This document shows positions 1 to 9,757 of a stretch of 64,000 nucleotides of DNA, in pieces. Under the pieces are notes generated by a model, which was not told the origin of the DNA, did not search any database, and saw only the letters and a program-made list of their open reading frames with translations. The stretch is from an uncultured Actinomycetes bacterium (GTDB lineage Bacteria; Actinomycetota; UBA4738; HRBIN12). The stretch's first letter is position 1; the number at the start of each line of letters is the position of its first letter. The stretch spans positions 483,655 through 547,654 of the forward strand of contig CAWBVL010000008.1 in assembly GCA_963792215.1 (NCBI GenBank). The letters are read 5' to 3'. The translations under genes were made by a program, and so were the position numbers.

Positions 1-639
1 GGCCCGATCACCACGCGGATCGCAGCCGTCGCGCGCGATCGATCGATGTGGGTGCTCGGTGGCTCCGTCTGTGAGTCGGCCGACGGCCGCGTCTACAACA
101 CGTCGTTCCTGTTCGACCGTGATGGCGAGATGCTCGCGCGCTACCGCAAGATCCACCTGTACGACGCCGAGTTGCTCGGTCAGCGACCGATCCGCGAGTC
201 GGCGTTGTTCGCCGCGGGCGACGAGGTCGTGACGCGTGACGTCGATGGGCTTCGGCTCGGCATGTCGATCTGTTATGACCTCCGGTTCCCCGAGCTGTAT
301 CGCGGGCTGATGACGTCGGGCGCGATGATGCTCGCAGTCCCGTCGGCGTTCCAGGCGGTGACCGGCGCCGCGCATTGGGAGACGCTCCTGCGGGCCCGGG
401 CGATCGAGGAACAGAGCTACGTGCTCGCCGCCGCGCAATGGGGCCCTTGGGGGCCGCCCGAGGCAGGGCACCGCACATACGGCAACGCGATGATCGTCGA
501 TCCGTGGGGCGTGGTCGTGTCGCGTGCTCCCGACGAGGGGGATGGCGTGTGGTTCGCAGAGGTCGACCACGACGAGGTGCGCGCCGTGCGGACGCGTCTG
601 CCTGCACTGTCGCACCGTAGGCTCGGCAACGCGTGCTGA
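1..639 (+). CDS. Carbon-nitrogen hydrolase (nitrilase/Nit2 family), 5' end truncated by window edge
   Basis: Open frame from base 1; YRKIHL and SICYDLRFPE motifs (catalytic K and C). Confidence 0.9.
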   Translation, partial: GPITTRIAAVARDRSMWVLGGSVCESADGRVYNTSFLFDRDGEMLARYRKIHLYDAELLGQRPIRESALFAAGDEVVTRDVDGLRLGMSICYDLRFPELYRGLMTSGAMMLAVPSAFQAVTGAAHWETLLRARAIEEQSYVLAAAQWGPWGPPEAGHRTYGNAMIVDPWGVVVSRAPDEGDGVWFAEVDHDEVRAVRTRLPALSHRRLGNAC

Positions 640-640
640 T

Positions 641-1198
641 TCAGGGCAGGTCCTCCGGCGTGTCGACGTCCGGCGGCGCCGGCCGGTCGACGTGCACCTC
701 GTGCACCCACTCGGGATGCGACGCCATCAGCACGCGTGCGCCCGCGTCGCCGTGCAGGTGGCCCGCCTCGGCGTAGATCTCGCGCGACAGGAGCGCGGGC
801 CCGGGGCCGTCGGTGAAGACGAGCCGCACGATCTGCGCGCGCGTCTCGTGGAAGCCGCGGATCAGTTCGCCGACGTCGTCGTCGGTGACGCCGGGTTGAT
901 CGGCCAGCAAGATCACGGCTGCTTCGCTCGCATCGTCCACCGCGTGCAAGGCGGCGGCCAGGGAGGTGGCTTGTCCGTCTCGATGGTCTGGGTTCTCGAC
1001 GACGAGCACGCCGTCGGGGATCGCCGCTCGCACCGCGTTCGCGTTATGGCCGACCACCACGATCAGTTCGCCGACCTCGGCTCCCTCGAGCGCGTCGATC
1101 GCGTGCCGAACGAGCGGCTTCCCGTCGACCTCCGCCAGCTGCTTCGTGCCGTCGAACCGCGAGCCGGTGCCGGCGGCAAGCACGATCCCGGAGATCAT
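641..1198 (-). CDS. mocA: Molybdenum cofactor cytidylyltransferase-like NTP transferase
   Basis: LAAGTGSRF...KQL, ADQP and DVDTPED motifs; next to xdhC. Confidence 0.8.
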   Translation of the reverse strand: MISGIVLAAGTGSRFDGTKQLAEVDGKPLVRHAIDALEGAEVGELIVVVGHNANAVRAAIPDGVLVVENPDHRDGQATSLAAALHAVDDASEAAVILLADQPGVTDDDVGELIRGFHETRAQIVRLVFTDGPGPALLSREIYAEAGHLHGDAGARVLMASHPEWVHEVHVDRPAPPDVDTPEDLP

Positions 1199-1216
1199 CG
1201 GCGGAGCCTACGCGCG

Positions 1217-2350
1217 TCAGCGCGCTTCGGTGCCGGGGCGTGGCCGGTCGTGGATCGGGCCCGGCCGTTCCTTGAGGAAGCCGCCGTCGCGACCGTGCCG
1301 CACCGCGACGATCTCGGCGACGATCGCGTGCGCGATCTCGTCCGGTCCCTCGGCGCCGAGGTCGAGTCCGGCCGGGCCGTGGATCCGCGCGCGCTGCTCG
1401 TCGGTGATCTCGACGCCTTCTTCAGCAAGGTCCATAAGGATGCGCTGCGTGCGGGCGGCGGGGCCGAGCATGGCGATGTAGCCGACGTCGGTCCGCAGCA
1501 GTTCTCGCAGGTAGTCGCGGTCGCGCAGATAGTTGTGAGACATCACGACCGCGAAGGTTCGTTCGTCCAGCGGCGCCGCGGTGTCGATCGCCGACGGTTC
1601 CTCGACCCGAACGAACGCGTGCGCTTGGGGATACCGATCTTCGGTGAGGAATGCGGGCCGGTCGTCGACCACGACCGCGTGCCACCCGATCGCCGCTGCG
1701 GTGCGCACGAGCGGGATCGCGTCGTGGCCCGCCCCGCACAACACGAGCCGAAGCGGCGGCTCGAGCACCTCGACGAACGAGCGGATGGAGCCGGCGAACG
1801 TGCGCATCTCGGAACGGCCGGTCGCGAGGAGCTCCTTGGCGGCGACCGTCGCCTCGGCGTCGACGTCGGTGTCGCCGAGCGAGCCGTCGACCGAGCCGTC
1901 CGGCCGCACGACCAGCCGCGCCCCGGGCTCGACCCCGGCGAGGTCGGACTCCACCGCCGTGACGACACAGATCGAGCGCTCCTGGTCGAGCGCCTCGCGG
2001 AGCGCGTGCGTGACGGCGACGGCGCGCTCCGCAGGTTCGATGAAGACCTCGATCGCGCCGTTGCATCCGAGCCCGAGACCCCAGACCTCGTCGTCGTCGG
2101 CCGTCAGGTCCCACCCGGCGAGGCGCGCGCGGCCTTCGTCCATCACCACGCGCGCCATGTCGGCGACGTCGCCCTCGAGGCAGCCGCCGCTCAGGTTGCC
2201 GATCGGCGCCCCCTCTTCGGGGACGAGCAGCCGGGCGCCGGGACGCCGGTACGTGGATCCACGGACGGCGACGATCGTGGCGAGCGCCATGCGCTGGCCC
2301 CGGGCTCCGAGGCTGTCGATCGCCTCCAGGACGTCGGTGATCTCGCTCAC
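1217..2350 (-). CDS. xdhC: XdhC/CoxI family molybdoenzyme maturation factor
   Basis: GSTYRRPGA, LSGGCLE, GLGCNG and GLDLGAEGPDEIA motifs. Confidence 0.9.
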   Translation of the reverse strand: MSEITDVLEAIDSLGARGQRMALATIVAVRGSTYRRPGARLLVPEEGAPIGNLSGGCLEGDVADMARVVMDEGRARLAGWDLTADDDEVWGLGLGCNGAIEVFIEPAERAVAVTHALREALDQERSICVVTAVESDLAGVEPGARLVVRPDGSVDGSLGDTDVDAEATVAAKELLATGRSEMRTFAGSIRSFVEVLEPPLRLVLCGAGHDAIPLVRTAAAIGWHAVVVDDRPAFLTEDRYPQAHAFVRVEEPSAIDTAAPLDERTFAVVMSHNYLRDRDYLRELLRTDVGYIAMLGPAARTQRILMDLAEEGVEITDEQRARIHGPAGLDLGAEGPDEIAHAIVAEIVAVRHGRDGGFLKERPGPIHDRPRPGTEAR

Positions 2351-2424
2351 CCCCCGATGGTAGCCCTGCGCGGGCGTCCGGTCGGCGCCTCAGTCCGGCC
2401 GCTCCGGGGCCGATACCTGCAGGT

Positions 2425-2991
2425 ATGGACGATTCTTTCTCGCTCGGGCAGCCTGCGAAGCGCCGCGCCAGGCCGGTCAAGGCCAAGTACGCCGCTCCGC
2501 GAGTGAAGCGAGCACCCGCCGGCGGGTTCGAGCGGACCCGCTACATCCTCGGCGGCATCGGGCTGGTCGTGGCTGCCTTCCTCGTGTGGGGGTTCATGCA
2601 TTTCATGTCGAGCGCGGGTGGCCAGGCGGCCAGCGGGGAGGCATCCGAGATCGCCGCCGCTCAAGACATCCAGGCGCAAACGACCGGGGCGCAGGCGGTC
2701 CAATCGGTGGAAGGCCTCGCGGTGACCGGGTCGTTCGCGCAGATCACCCCCCAGGCGCTGAAGCAGTACGAGCCGACCTACAGCTACACCGCCGGTCCGT
2801 CGACCGGCCCGAACAGCGTCAGTGTGGCGAGCACGGCGAGCGATGTCGGCATCGCGGTGCTGTCGCCGTCCGGGCAGTGCCTATACGCGCACGTCACGGC
2901 GTCCGGGGTCAGATATGGCACGGGTACGACCTGCACCGGAGTGGTCGCCATCAAGGCCGCCACGGGGCCCGCTTGGCCCAACCCAGCCTGA
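2425..2991 (+). CDS. Membrane-anchored hypothetical protein with pilin-like C-terminal domain (paralog 1)
   Basis: One TM segment; EPT..GPSTGPNSVSV..C..YGTG..CTG motif shared with 3032 and 7999. Confidence 0.6.
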   Translation: MDDSFSLGQPAKRRARPVKAKYAAPRVKRAPAGGFERTRYILGGIGLVVAAFLVWGFMHFMSSAGGQAASGEASEIAAAQDIQAQTTGAQAVQSVEGLAVTGSFAQITPQALKQYEPTYSYTAGPSTGPNSVSVASTASDVGIAVLSPSGQCLYAHVTASGVRYGTGTTCTGVVAIKAATGPAWPNPA

Positions 2992-3031
2992 GCTACACCC
3001 GAGCCGGGGCCCGTCCGATACCTGCGGCGGG

Positions 3032-3625
3032 ATGGATGACGCCTTCCGCATGGTCGCCGCGCGTATGCCGCGGACCCGACGCCTCACCCCGTTCGCCGCG
3101 CGTGCAGTCGCGCTGCTCGTGGTGATGGGGCTGCTGATCGCCGCCTTCGCGATGTTCGTCGTCTCGGAGCAACGGGCGGCAGACGCCCGCCGCGCGCAGA
3201 TCGCGGCGACGCAGCGTGCGGAGGCGGAAGCCGAAGCGCAGGTGGCCGCGGCCCAGATCAGCGCGAGCGATCCGGGCACGGCCGACTCCGCCACCGTCGG
3301 GAACATGCTCGACGCGAATGCGCAGGCGGCCGCAACCGCTGCGCTCGATGCCGCACGCCAGATCGCGGCGAGTGGGCCGATCGCCGACGCTGCGCCGAAC
3401 GCGTTGACGGCGATCGAGCCCACGCTCCTCTACATCGAAGGCCCGTCGACCGGTCCGTCGGTGGTCAGCGTGTACGCCGGGGCGGCCGGGTGGGCCGCGG
3501 CGGTCCGCGGCGCGAAGGCCACCTGCTACTGGGTCGCCGTGACAGCCGACGGTGGCACGCGGTACGGCACGGGCTCGGCGTGCACCGGCATGGCGGCGCT
3601 GGCCGCCGACCGCCCCGCCTGGTAG
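3032..3625 (+). CDS. Membrane-anchored hypothetical protein with pilin-like C-terminal domain (paralog 2)
   Basis: ATG at 3032 (MDDAF, same style of start as paralog 1); TM, helical stalk, shared Cys-pair domain. Confidence 0.6.
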   Translation: MDDAFRMVAARMPRTRRLTPFAARAVALLVVMGLLIAAFAMFVVSEQRAADARRAQIAATQRAEAEAEAQVAAAQISASDPGTADSATVGNMLDANAQAAATAALDAARQIAASGPIADAAPNALTAIEPTLLYIEGPSTGPSVVSVYAGAAGWAAAVRGAKATCYWVAVTADGGTRYGTGSACTGMAALAADRPAW

Positions 3626-3687
3626 CCGGGCCGCAGTCGCGACGCCCGTATTACGCTCGGCCTTCGTTCGAACGGAGGCGAGGTTCT

Positions 3688-4152
3688 CTGACGCAGGTAT
3701 CGGTCACGGTCAACGGCACGGCGCACACCGATGATGTCGAGCCGCGCACGCTACTCGTCTACTACCTCCGCGATCACCTCGGGCTCACCGGGACCAACGT
3801 CGGGTGCGACACCTCCTCGTGCGGCGCGTGCACCGTCCACGTCGACGGCGAGTCGGTGAAGTCGTGCACGATGCTGGCGGCCCAGGCCGACGGGCGGGCC
3901 GTGACCACGATCGAGGGGATGGCGCGAGACGGCGAGCTGCATCCGCTCCAGGACGCGTTCCACCGGAACCACGGCCTGCAGTGCGGGTTCTGTACGCCGG
4001 GCATGATCATGGCCGCCGCGAGCTACCTCAACGAGAACCCCGATCCGACGGAAGAAGAGGTCCGCGAGTCACTCGAGGGGAACCTCTGCCGCTGCACCGG
4101 CTACCACAACATCGTTGCGTCGATCTTGGACGCTGCGCGAGGTGACGCGTGA
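3688..4152 (+). CDS. coxS: (2Fe-2S)-binding small subunit of CODH/xanthine dehydrogenase family
   Basis: [12 protein letters not shown] and [17 protein letters not shown] motifs; inferred CTG start at 3688 after GGAGG (3674-3678). Confidence 0.9.
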   Translation: MTQVSVTVNGTAHTDDVEPRTLLVYYLRDHLGLTGTNVGCDTSSCGACTVHVDGESVKSCTMLAAQADGRAVTTIEGMARDGELHPLQDAFHRNHGLQCGFCTPGMIMAAASYLNENPDPTEEEVRESLEGNLCRCTGYHNIVASILDAARGDA

Positions 4153-4970
4153 TCCCGGCGCCGTTCGAGTACGTGCGCGTCGGGTCCGTTGACGAAGCGG
4201 TCGCGGCGCTCGAGTCCGATGCAGAGGCGAAACTTCTCGCGGGCGGGCACTCGCTGCTGCCGGCGATGCGGTTGCGTGTCGCGCGGCCGTCGACGCTGAT
4301 CGACATCGGCCGGATCGAGGGACTCTCCGCGATCCGGGAGGACGGGGAAGAGCTCGTGATCGGCCCGCTCGCGCGGCACCACGATGTCGCGAACAGCGAG
4401 CTGCTCCAGCGGTGGTGCCCGATCATGGCGTTCGCGGCCGCGCAGATCGGGGATCCGCAGGTGCGTCATGTCGGCACGATCGGCGGCTCGGTTGCGCACG
4501 GCGATCCCGCGGGCGACATGCCCGCGGTGCTGCTCGCGCTCGACGCGACCTTGATCGCGACATGCGCCGGCGGCCAGACCAGAACCATCGGCGCGACGTC
4601 GTTCTTCACGGGGCTGTTCGAGACGGCGCTCGAACCCACCGACGTGCTGACCGAGATCCGCGTGCCCAAGGCCACCGACGGATGGAGCTTCCTCAAGTTC
4701 AACCGTCGAGCGCAGGATTGGGCGCTCGTCGGCGTGTCGGCGGTTCGCGGCGCCGGCGGCATGCGGATCGCGCTGACGAATATGGGCCTCACCCCGCTTC
4801 GCGCGCCCGGCGTCGAAGAGTCGCTCGCCGACGGCGCAGACCTCGGTACGGCGTCGGCTCGAGCCGATGAAGGCACCGCGCCGCCCGACGACGCCTTCGC
4901 GTCTTCCATGTATCGCCGCGCGCTCGTGAAGGTGCTGATGCAGCGCGCGCTCGAAGAAGCAACGGCGTGA
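4149..4970 (+). CDS. coxM: FAD-binding medium subunit of CODH/xanthine dehydrogenase family
   Basis: [20 protein letters not shown] and GDPAGD motifs; GTGA overlap with coxS. Confidence 0.9.
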   Translation: MIPAPFEYVRVGSVDEAVAALESDAEAKLLAGGHSLLPAMRLRVARPSTLIDIGRIEGLSAIREDGEELVIGPLARHHDVANSELLQRWCPIMAFAAAQIGDPQVRHVGTIGGSVAHGDPAGDMPAVLLALDATLIATCAGGQTRTIGATSFFTGLFETALEPTDVLTEIRVPKATDGWSFLKFNRRAQDWALVGVSAVRGAGGMRIALTNMGLTPLRAPGVEESLADGADLGTASARADEGTAPPDDAFASSMYRRALVKVLMQRALEEATA

Positions 4971-5008
4971 TGCGCAGGGCGGCGCGCTACCGCTGCTAGG
5001 GTCGCGTG

Positions 5009-5902
5009 ATGCTGCTCCTCCGCGGGCTGTCGCTGCTCGCCCAGAGCGACACCGAGCCGACACCGTTCACGGTGGACTGGCTCCAGCTCCACAAGTGGGA
5101 TCTCGGCGTCACGCTCGTCGTCGCGATCGTGCTGACGATCCTCGGCCGGCGGTGGTCGCGCCACCACCGCAAGCGCGCACGGGGCGGCGGCGACGATGCC
5201 GAAGGACGCCGGCGGCGCCGCGTCGCCACGGTGATCGGCCTGTTGTCGGGCATCGTGATCGTCATCGCATGGTTCGTGTTCCTGCTCACCTTGCTGAAGG
5301 ACCTCGGCGTCGACATCACGCCGATCATCGCGTCGGCGGGCATCGTCGGGATCGCGCTCGGGTTCGGCGCGCAATCGATCGTGCGCGACTCGTTGAGCGG
5401 GCTGTTCATCTTCATCGAGGGGCAGTACGACGTCGGCGACACCGTCGATCTCACGACCTCGGCCGGCACCGTCTCGGGGACCATCGAGACGCTCAGCCTG
5501 CGCACGACGTCGGTCCGGCAGTACGACGGCACGCTGTCGACGGTGCCCAACGGGCTGATCGAAGTCACGAACAACCGCACGCGGGGATGGGGACGCGCTG
5601 TTGTCGATGTACCCGTCGCCCTTGACGAAGACCCCGAGCACGTCCGGTCGGTGCTCGAGGAGCTGGTCGACGAGGTTGCGTCACAGCCGCCGTTCGAGGC
5701 GTGGCTCCGCAAGCCGCCGCAGGTGCTCGGCGTCACGCAACTCACGAACGTCGCCCAGGTGATGCGGGTGGCCGTCGAGACCGAGCCCAGCCACCGCGTC
5801 GACGTGGAGCGGTTGCTTCGCGCGAAGATCGTCGCCAGGATGGCCGAACGCGGCATCAAGGCGCCGCCGGTCGCTCCGGGCATGTCGCGGCCGCCGGAGT
5901 AG
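5009..5902 (+). CDS. mscS: Small-conductance mechanosensitive channel family protein
   Basis: AGIVGIALGFGAQ, YDVGDTV and TVPNG motifs; start 5006 or 5009. Confidence 0.85.
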   Translation: MLLLRGLSLLAQSDTEPTPFTVDWLQLHKWDLGVTLVVAIVLTILGRRWSRHHRKRARGGGDDAEGRRRRRVATVIGLLSGIVIVIAWFVFLLTLLKDLGVDITPIIASAGIVGIALGFGAQSIVRDSLSGLFIFIEGQYDVGDTVDLTTSAGTVSGTIETLSLRTTSVRQYDGTLSTVPNGLIEVTNNRTRGWGRAVVDVPVALDEDPEHVRSVLEELVDEVASQPPFEAWLRKPPQVLGVTQLTNVAQVMRVAVETEPSHRVDVERLLRAKIVARMAERGIKAPPVAPGMSRPPE

Positions 5903-5941
5903 CCGCGCGCCGAGGCACCTGCCTGCCGGTAGGCTGCCCGG

Positions 5942-6817
5942 ATGCACCCGATCCCCGGAAGCGTCGACGAGCTGATGGCCGCGCTGGGCGACCACGCCTA
6001 CCTTGCCGACCGCGGGTTGTCGACGGCGATCTACCTGTCGTTGTCGCTCGGCAAGCCGCTGCTGCTCGAGGGCGAGGCCGGGGTCGGCAAGACCGAGGTG
6101 GCGAAGGTGCTGTCCGAGCTGCTGGATCGCGAGCTGATCCGGCTGCAGTGCTACGAGGGGATCGACGCCTCCCAGGCGCTCTACGAGTGGAACTACTCGC
6201 GGCAGCTGATCGCGGTGCGCGCGATGGACGCGAACGAGGCGGACACCGACGTCCAGGACCTGTTCGGACCGGACTTCCTGGTCGAACGGCCGTTGCTGTC
6301 GGCGATCCGCCGGGGTGACCGGGCCGTGCTGCTGGTCGACGAGCTCGACCGCGCCGACGACGAGTTCGAGGCGTTCCTGCTCGAGATCTTGTCCGAGTTC
6401 GCGGTGACGATCCCGGAGGTCGGACGTGTCGCCGCCGAGACGCCGCCGGCCGTGATCGTGACCTCCAACCGAACGCGGGAGCTGCACGACGCGCTGAAGC
6501 GGCGCTGCCTGTACCACTGGATCGATCACCCGGATCTGGACCGCGAGGTCGCGATCGTCCGTGCCCGTGCGCCGCAGGTGGGCGAGGCGTTGGCGCGCGA
6601 TGTCGCGGGCGCGGTCGAGCGCCTGCGCGCCCTCGAACTGGCGAAGGTACCCGGCGTCGCGGAGACGATCGACTGGGCGAACGCGCTCGCGTTCCTCGGG
6701 GCGGAGCGGCTCGACGCCGCGCTCGCGGCCGACACGCTCGGCGCCGTCATCAAGGATCACGAGGACCAGGCGCTCGTCGCGCCAAGCCTGGCCGAGGTGG
6801 TCGGGGAGGATGGCTGA
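5942..6817 (+). CDS. coxD: MoxR-family AAA+ ATPase (CoxD-like)
   Basis: GEAGVGKT Walker A, LVDELDRAD Walker B, SNRTRELHDALKRRC. Confidence 0.85.
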   Translation: MHPIPGSVDELMAALGDHAYLADRGLSTAIYLSLSLGKPLLLEGEAGVGKTEVAKVLSELLDRELIRLQCYEGIDASQALYEWNYSRQLIAVRAMDANEADTDVQDLFGPDFLVERPLLSAIRRGDRAVLLVDELDRADDEFEAFLLEILSEFAVTIPEVGRVAAETPPAVIVTSNRTRELHDALKRRCLYHWIDHPDLDREVAIVRARAPQVGEALARDVAGAVERLRALELAKVPGVAETIDWANALAFLGAERLDAALAADTLGAVIKDHEDQALVAPSLAEVVGEDG

Positions 6818-7973
6818 GGGACCGCTCCCGCCGCTCGTCGAGCTCGGGCGTGACCTGCGCGCCGAGGGGCTGCCCGTCGGCACCGGGCGGATCCTCACGT
6901 TCGTCCGCGGCGTCGCCGCGATCGGGCTGACGGACCGGACCTCGCTGTACTGGACCGCGCGCTCCACGATGGTCGCGAGTCGCGCCGACCTGGACACCTT
7001 CGACGCGACGTTCGACGCCTGGTTCCGGTCGCTCCGGCTCGACGAAGGGGACAAGCTCTCGTTCGAGTTCGATCTGCCGCCCGACCCCGAGGCGCTCGAG
7101 CCCGGCGACAACGCGCTTGCCGACGTTGAGGGCATGGGCGCCGCCGCCACCTGGCATCACGCCGAGGAGGACGATGAACTGGAGGAGGGCGACGACTCGG
7201 CGCTGCGGCTGGTCGCCTCGGCGGTCGAGATCCTCCGGTCGAAGTCCTTCGCGTACCTGAATGAAGAAGAGCGTCAGCGTGTCGCGAAGCTGATCCGCGA
7301 GTTGCGCGTGCACGTTCCGATCGAACGGACGCGGCGGATGCGCTCGTCGAACAAGGGCTCGGTGCTCGATGTCCGTCGGACCCTCCGGCGATCGCTGCGC
7401 ACACAGGGCGAGCCGTTCGACCGCGCGTGGCGATCGCGCCGGACGCGCACGCGACCGCTCGTGCTGATCCTCGATGTCTCCGGCTCGATGGCGCCGTACT
7501 CTCGGGCGTTGCTCCAGTTCGGCTACGCGGCGATGGCGGCGGGCCGCCGGGTCGAGGTCTTCTGCTTCGGCACGCGGCTCACGCGGGTGACCCGCGTGCT
7601 CCGCACGAAGGACCCCGATCGCGCGATGCACGAGATCGGGCGGATCGTGGCGGACTGGGAGGGCGGTACGCGGATCGGCGAGTCGCTCAAGAGCCTGCTC
7701 GACGGCTGGAGCCAGCGCGCGGCGCTTCGCGGCGCGGTGGTCGTGCTGTGTTCGGACGGGCTCGAGCGGGGCGATCCCGAGCTGCTTCGGGCCCAGATGG
7801 CGCGGCTCCGCCGGCTCGCCTACCGGGTGGTCTGGGCGAACCCGCTCAAGGGCTCCCCGCGGTACGAGCCGCTGGCCCGGGGGATGGCTGCCGCCCTGCC
7901 GAGCGTGGACGTGTTCCTATCGGGGCACAACCTCGAGAGCCTCGAGGCCCTGGCCGCGGCCCTGGCTCCCTAG
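6810..7973 (+). CDS. coxE: VWA-domain CoxE-like protein
   Basis: LDVSGSM MIDAS motif, GGTRIG, SDGLERG; ATG 6810 overlaps coxD stop. Confidence 0.85.
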   Translation: MAEGPLPPLVELGRDLRAEGLPVGTGRILTFVRGVAAIGLTDRTSLYWTARSTMVASRADLDTFDATFDAWFRSLRLDEGDKLSFEFDLPPDPEALEPGDNALADVEGMGAAATWHHAEEDDELEEGDDSALRLVASAVEILRSKSFAYLNEEERQRVAKLIRELRVHVPIERTRRMRSSNKGSVLDVRRTLRRSLRTQGEPFDRAWRSRRTRTRPLVLILDVSGSMAPYSRALLQFGYAAMAAGRRVEVFCFGTRLTRVTRVLRTKDPDRAMHEIGRIVADWEGGTRIGESLKSLLDGWSQRAALRGAVVVLCSDGLERGDPELLRAQMARLRRLAYRVVWANPLKGSPRYEPLARGMAAALPSVDVFLSGHNLESLEALAAALAP

Positions 7974-7998
7974 CTGGCCGCGGCGGTACGCTGGGCCG

Positions 7999-8484
7999 AT
8001 GCCGGTGGATGACACCCTCGCGCTCGACGAGCTGACCGACGACGGCGCACCTGCCCCACGCGGCCGTGGCCGGAGCGCATGGATCGTGTTCGCGGCGCTC
8101 GGGTTCGCCTGCGTCTTCGTCGTGGTCGAGATCTTCGCGAACCTCGGCATCAAGGACTCGATCGGGCACGCCGAGCAGACGCTGACCATCGCGCAAGCTG
8201 CAGCGGGCCGCGTGTCGACGGCCGACGGCGACCTCAACGGAGCCGACCACACCCGGATGGATGCCGTCGAGCCGTCGCTGCAGTGGATCGCGGGCAGCGA
8301 CCAGGCGACCGGGCTCAACGAGGTCAGCGTGGCGACGTCGAACGGCGACTGGGGAGCGGCGGTCGAAGCCAGACCCGGCGCCTGCTTCTACCTGCATCTG
8401 ACCGGCGACGGCGGAACGTTCTACGGCGTCGGCACCTCGTGCACGGGTCAGGAAGCGCTGCAGGCCACCGACCCTCGCTGGTAG
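7999..8484 (+). CDS. Membrane-anchored hypothetical protein with pilin-like C-terminal domain (paralog 3)
   Basis: TM plus EPS..TGLNEVSV..C..YGVG..CTG..W; TACGCT -10 box 7 nt before ATG. Confidence 0.6.
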   Translation: MPVDDTLALDELTDDGAPAPRGRGRSAWIVFAALGFACVFVVVEIFANLGIKDSIGHAEQTLTIAQAAAGRVSTADGDLNGADHTRMDAVEPSLQWIAGSDQATGLNEVSVATSNGDWGAAVEARPGACFYLHLTGDGGTFYGVGTSCTGQEALQATDPRW

Positions 8485-8551
8485 TCGCAGACGGGGTAGC
8501 CCGTCTTACCGACATTCAAGTATCGGCCATGTTTCTGCCGACACCTCACCC

Positions 8552-9757
8552 ATGCGTACGACACGGGTGTGGCGGAACCGGGGGGTTGCGGCACTGGCGG
8601 CGGCGAGTCTGCTGGCGGGTCTCGGCATGCAGGGCGCCCAGGCGGCCGGCCGGACCGTGACGAGGAAGACGCTCGCGCCGGGCGTCGTGTACGAAACGAT
8701 CACCGACACCTCCTATCCGGTGCGCGAGTACGTCCTGCTGTACGACGGCAGCGCGGCGACGGCGACGATCGACCAGGTGCTGTCGGCGCCGCAGATCGGC
8801 TCCTTCCAGAAGACGAGCGTGATGTCGGCGAACGCGGGCGCGATCGCGGGGGTCAACGGCGACCTGAACGACTGGCCGGCGCGTCCGACGCACCAGTATG
8901 TGAGCGACGGGATGCCGATCCAGACCAAGACGCCGCCGGGCGTGTCGCTCGGGTTCCGGCAGGACAAGAAGGGCGCGACGATCAACCGGGAAGCCCTGAA
9001 GATCTCCGCAACCAACTTGGCCGCGAAGACCACGTTCGCGGTCTCCAGCTGGAACGAGGGCCTGCCGACCACCGATCAGGTCGTCGGATACAGCTGGTAC
9101 GGCGGCAGGTACGAGAAGCCGCAGGCCAACGAGTGCAGCGCGCAGCTCAGTGCGCCCGGCCAGGTCCGTTGGAACACCGGCAAGGACGGGACCGGTCGCG
9201 ACTACACCGTTGCCGCCGTGAGATGTAGCAGCTCATCGGCGATGGCCGTGAGCTCGACGAACACCGTGGTGCTGAGCTCGAAGCTTGTGGGAAAGGGCGC
9301 GACGTGGATCAAGTCGCTCAAGGTCGGCTCCACCGTGCACGTCGGCTGGTCCGACGGCACGCCGGACGCCGTCGACATGGTGAGCGGCAGCGCAGACATC
9401 CTCCAGAACGGGGTGATCCAGTACGCCGCGAACTGCAACGACGACCTCTGCCTGAAGAACCCGCGCACCGCCGTGGGCATCACCGCGACGGGCGCCATCA
9501 TCATCATGGTCGTGGACGGCCGTTCCTCCGGGTCGAACGGGCTCACGCTGTATCAGCTCGGCAAGGAGATGAAGGCGCTCGGCGCGGTCAACGCGGTGAA
9601 CCTTGACGGCGGCGGCTCGGCGACGATGTGGATCAAGGGGATGGGCGTGGTGAACCATCCGACGGACTCCACGGGCGAGCGCCCGGTGTCCAACGCCATC
9701 GTGATCTTGCCCAAGGTGAACCCGAGCGAGCCGATCCCCGCGGCGCCGAAGGTCTAG
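8552..9757 (+). CDS. Secreted phosphodiester glycosidase (NAGPA-like) family protein
   Basis: Signal peptide; NPRTAVG, VDGR and NLDGGGS motifs. Confidence 0.8.
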   Translation: MRTTRVWRNRGVAALAAASLLAGLGMQGAQAAGRTVTRKTLAPGVVYETITDTSYPVREYVLLYDGSAATATIDQVLSAPQIGSFQKTSVMSANAGAIAGVNGDLNDWPARPTHQYVSDGMPIQTKTPPGVSLGFRQDKKGATINREALKISATNLAAKTTFAVSSWNEGLPTTDQVVGYSWYGGRYEKPQANECSAQLSAPGQVRWNTGKDGTGRDYTVAAVRCSSSSAMAVSSTNTVVLSSKLVGKGATWIKSLKVGSTVHVGWSDGTPDAVDMVSGSADILQNGVIQYAANCNDDLCLKNPRTAVGITATGAIIIMVVDGRSSGSNGLTLYQLGKEMKALGAVNAVNLDGGGSATMWIKGMGVVNHPTDSTGERPVSNAIVILPKVNPSEPIPAAPKV

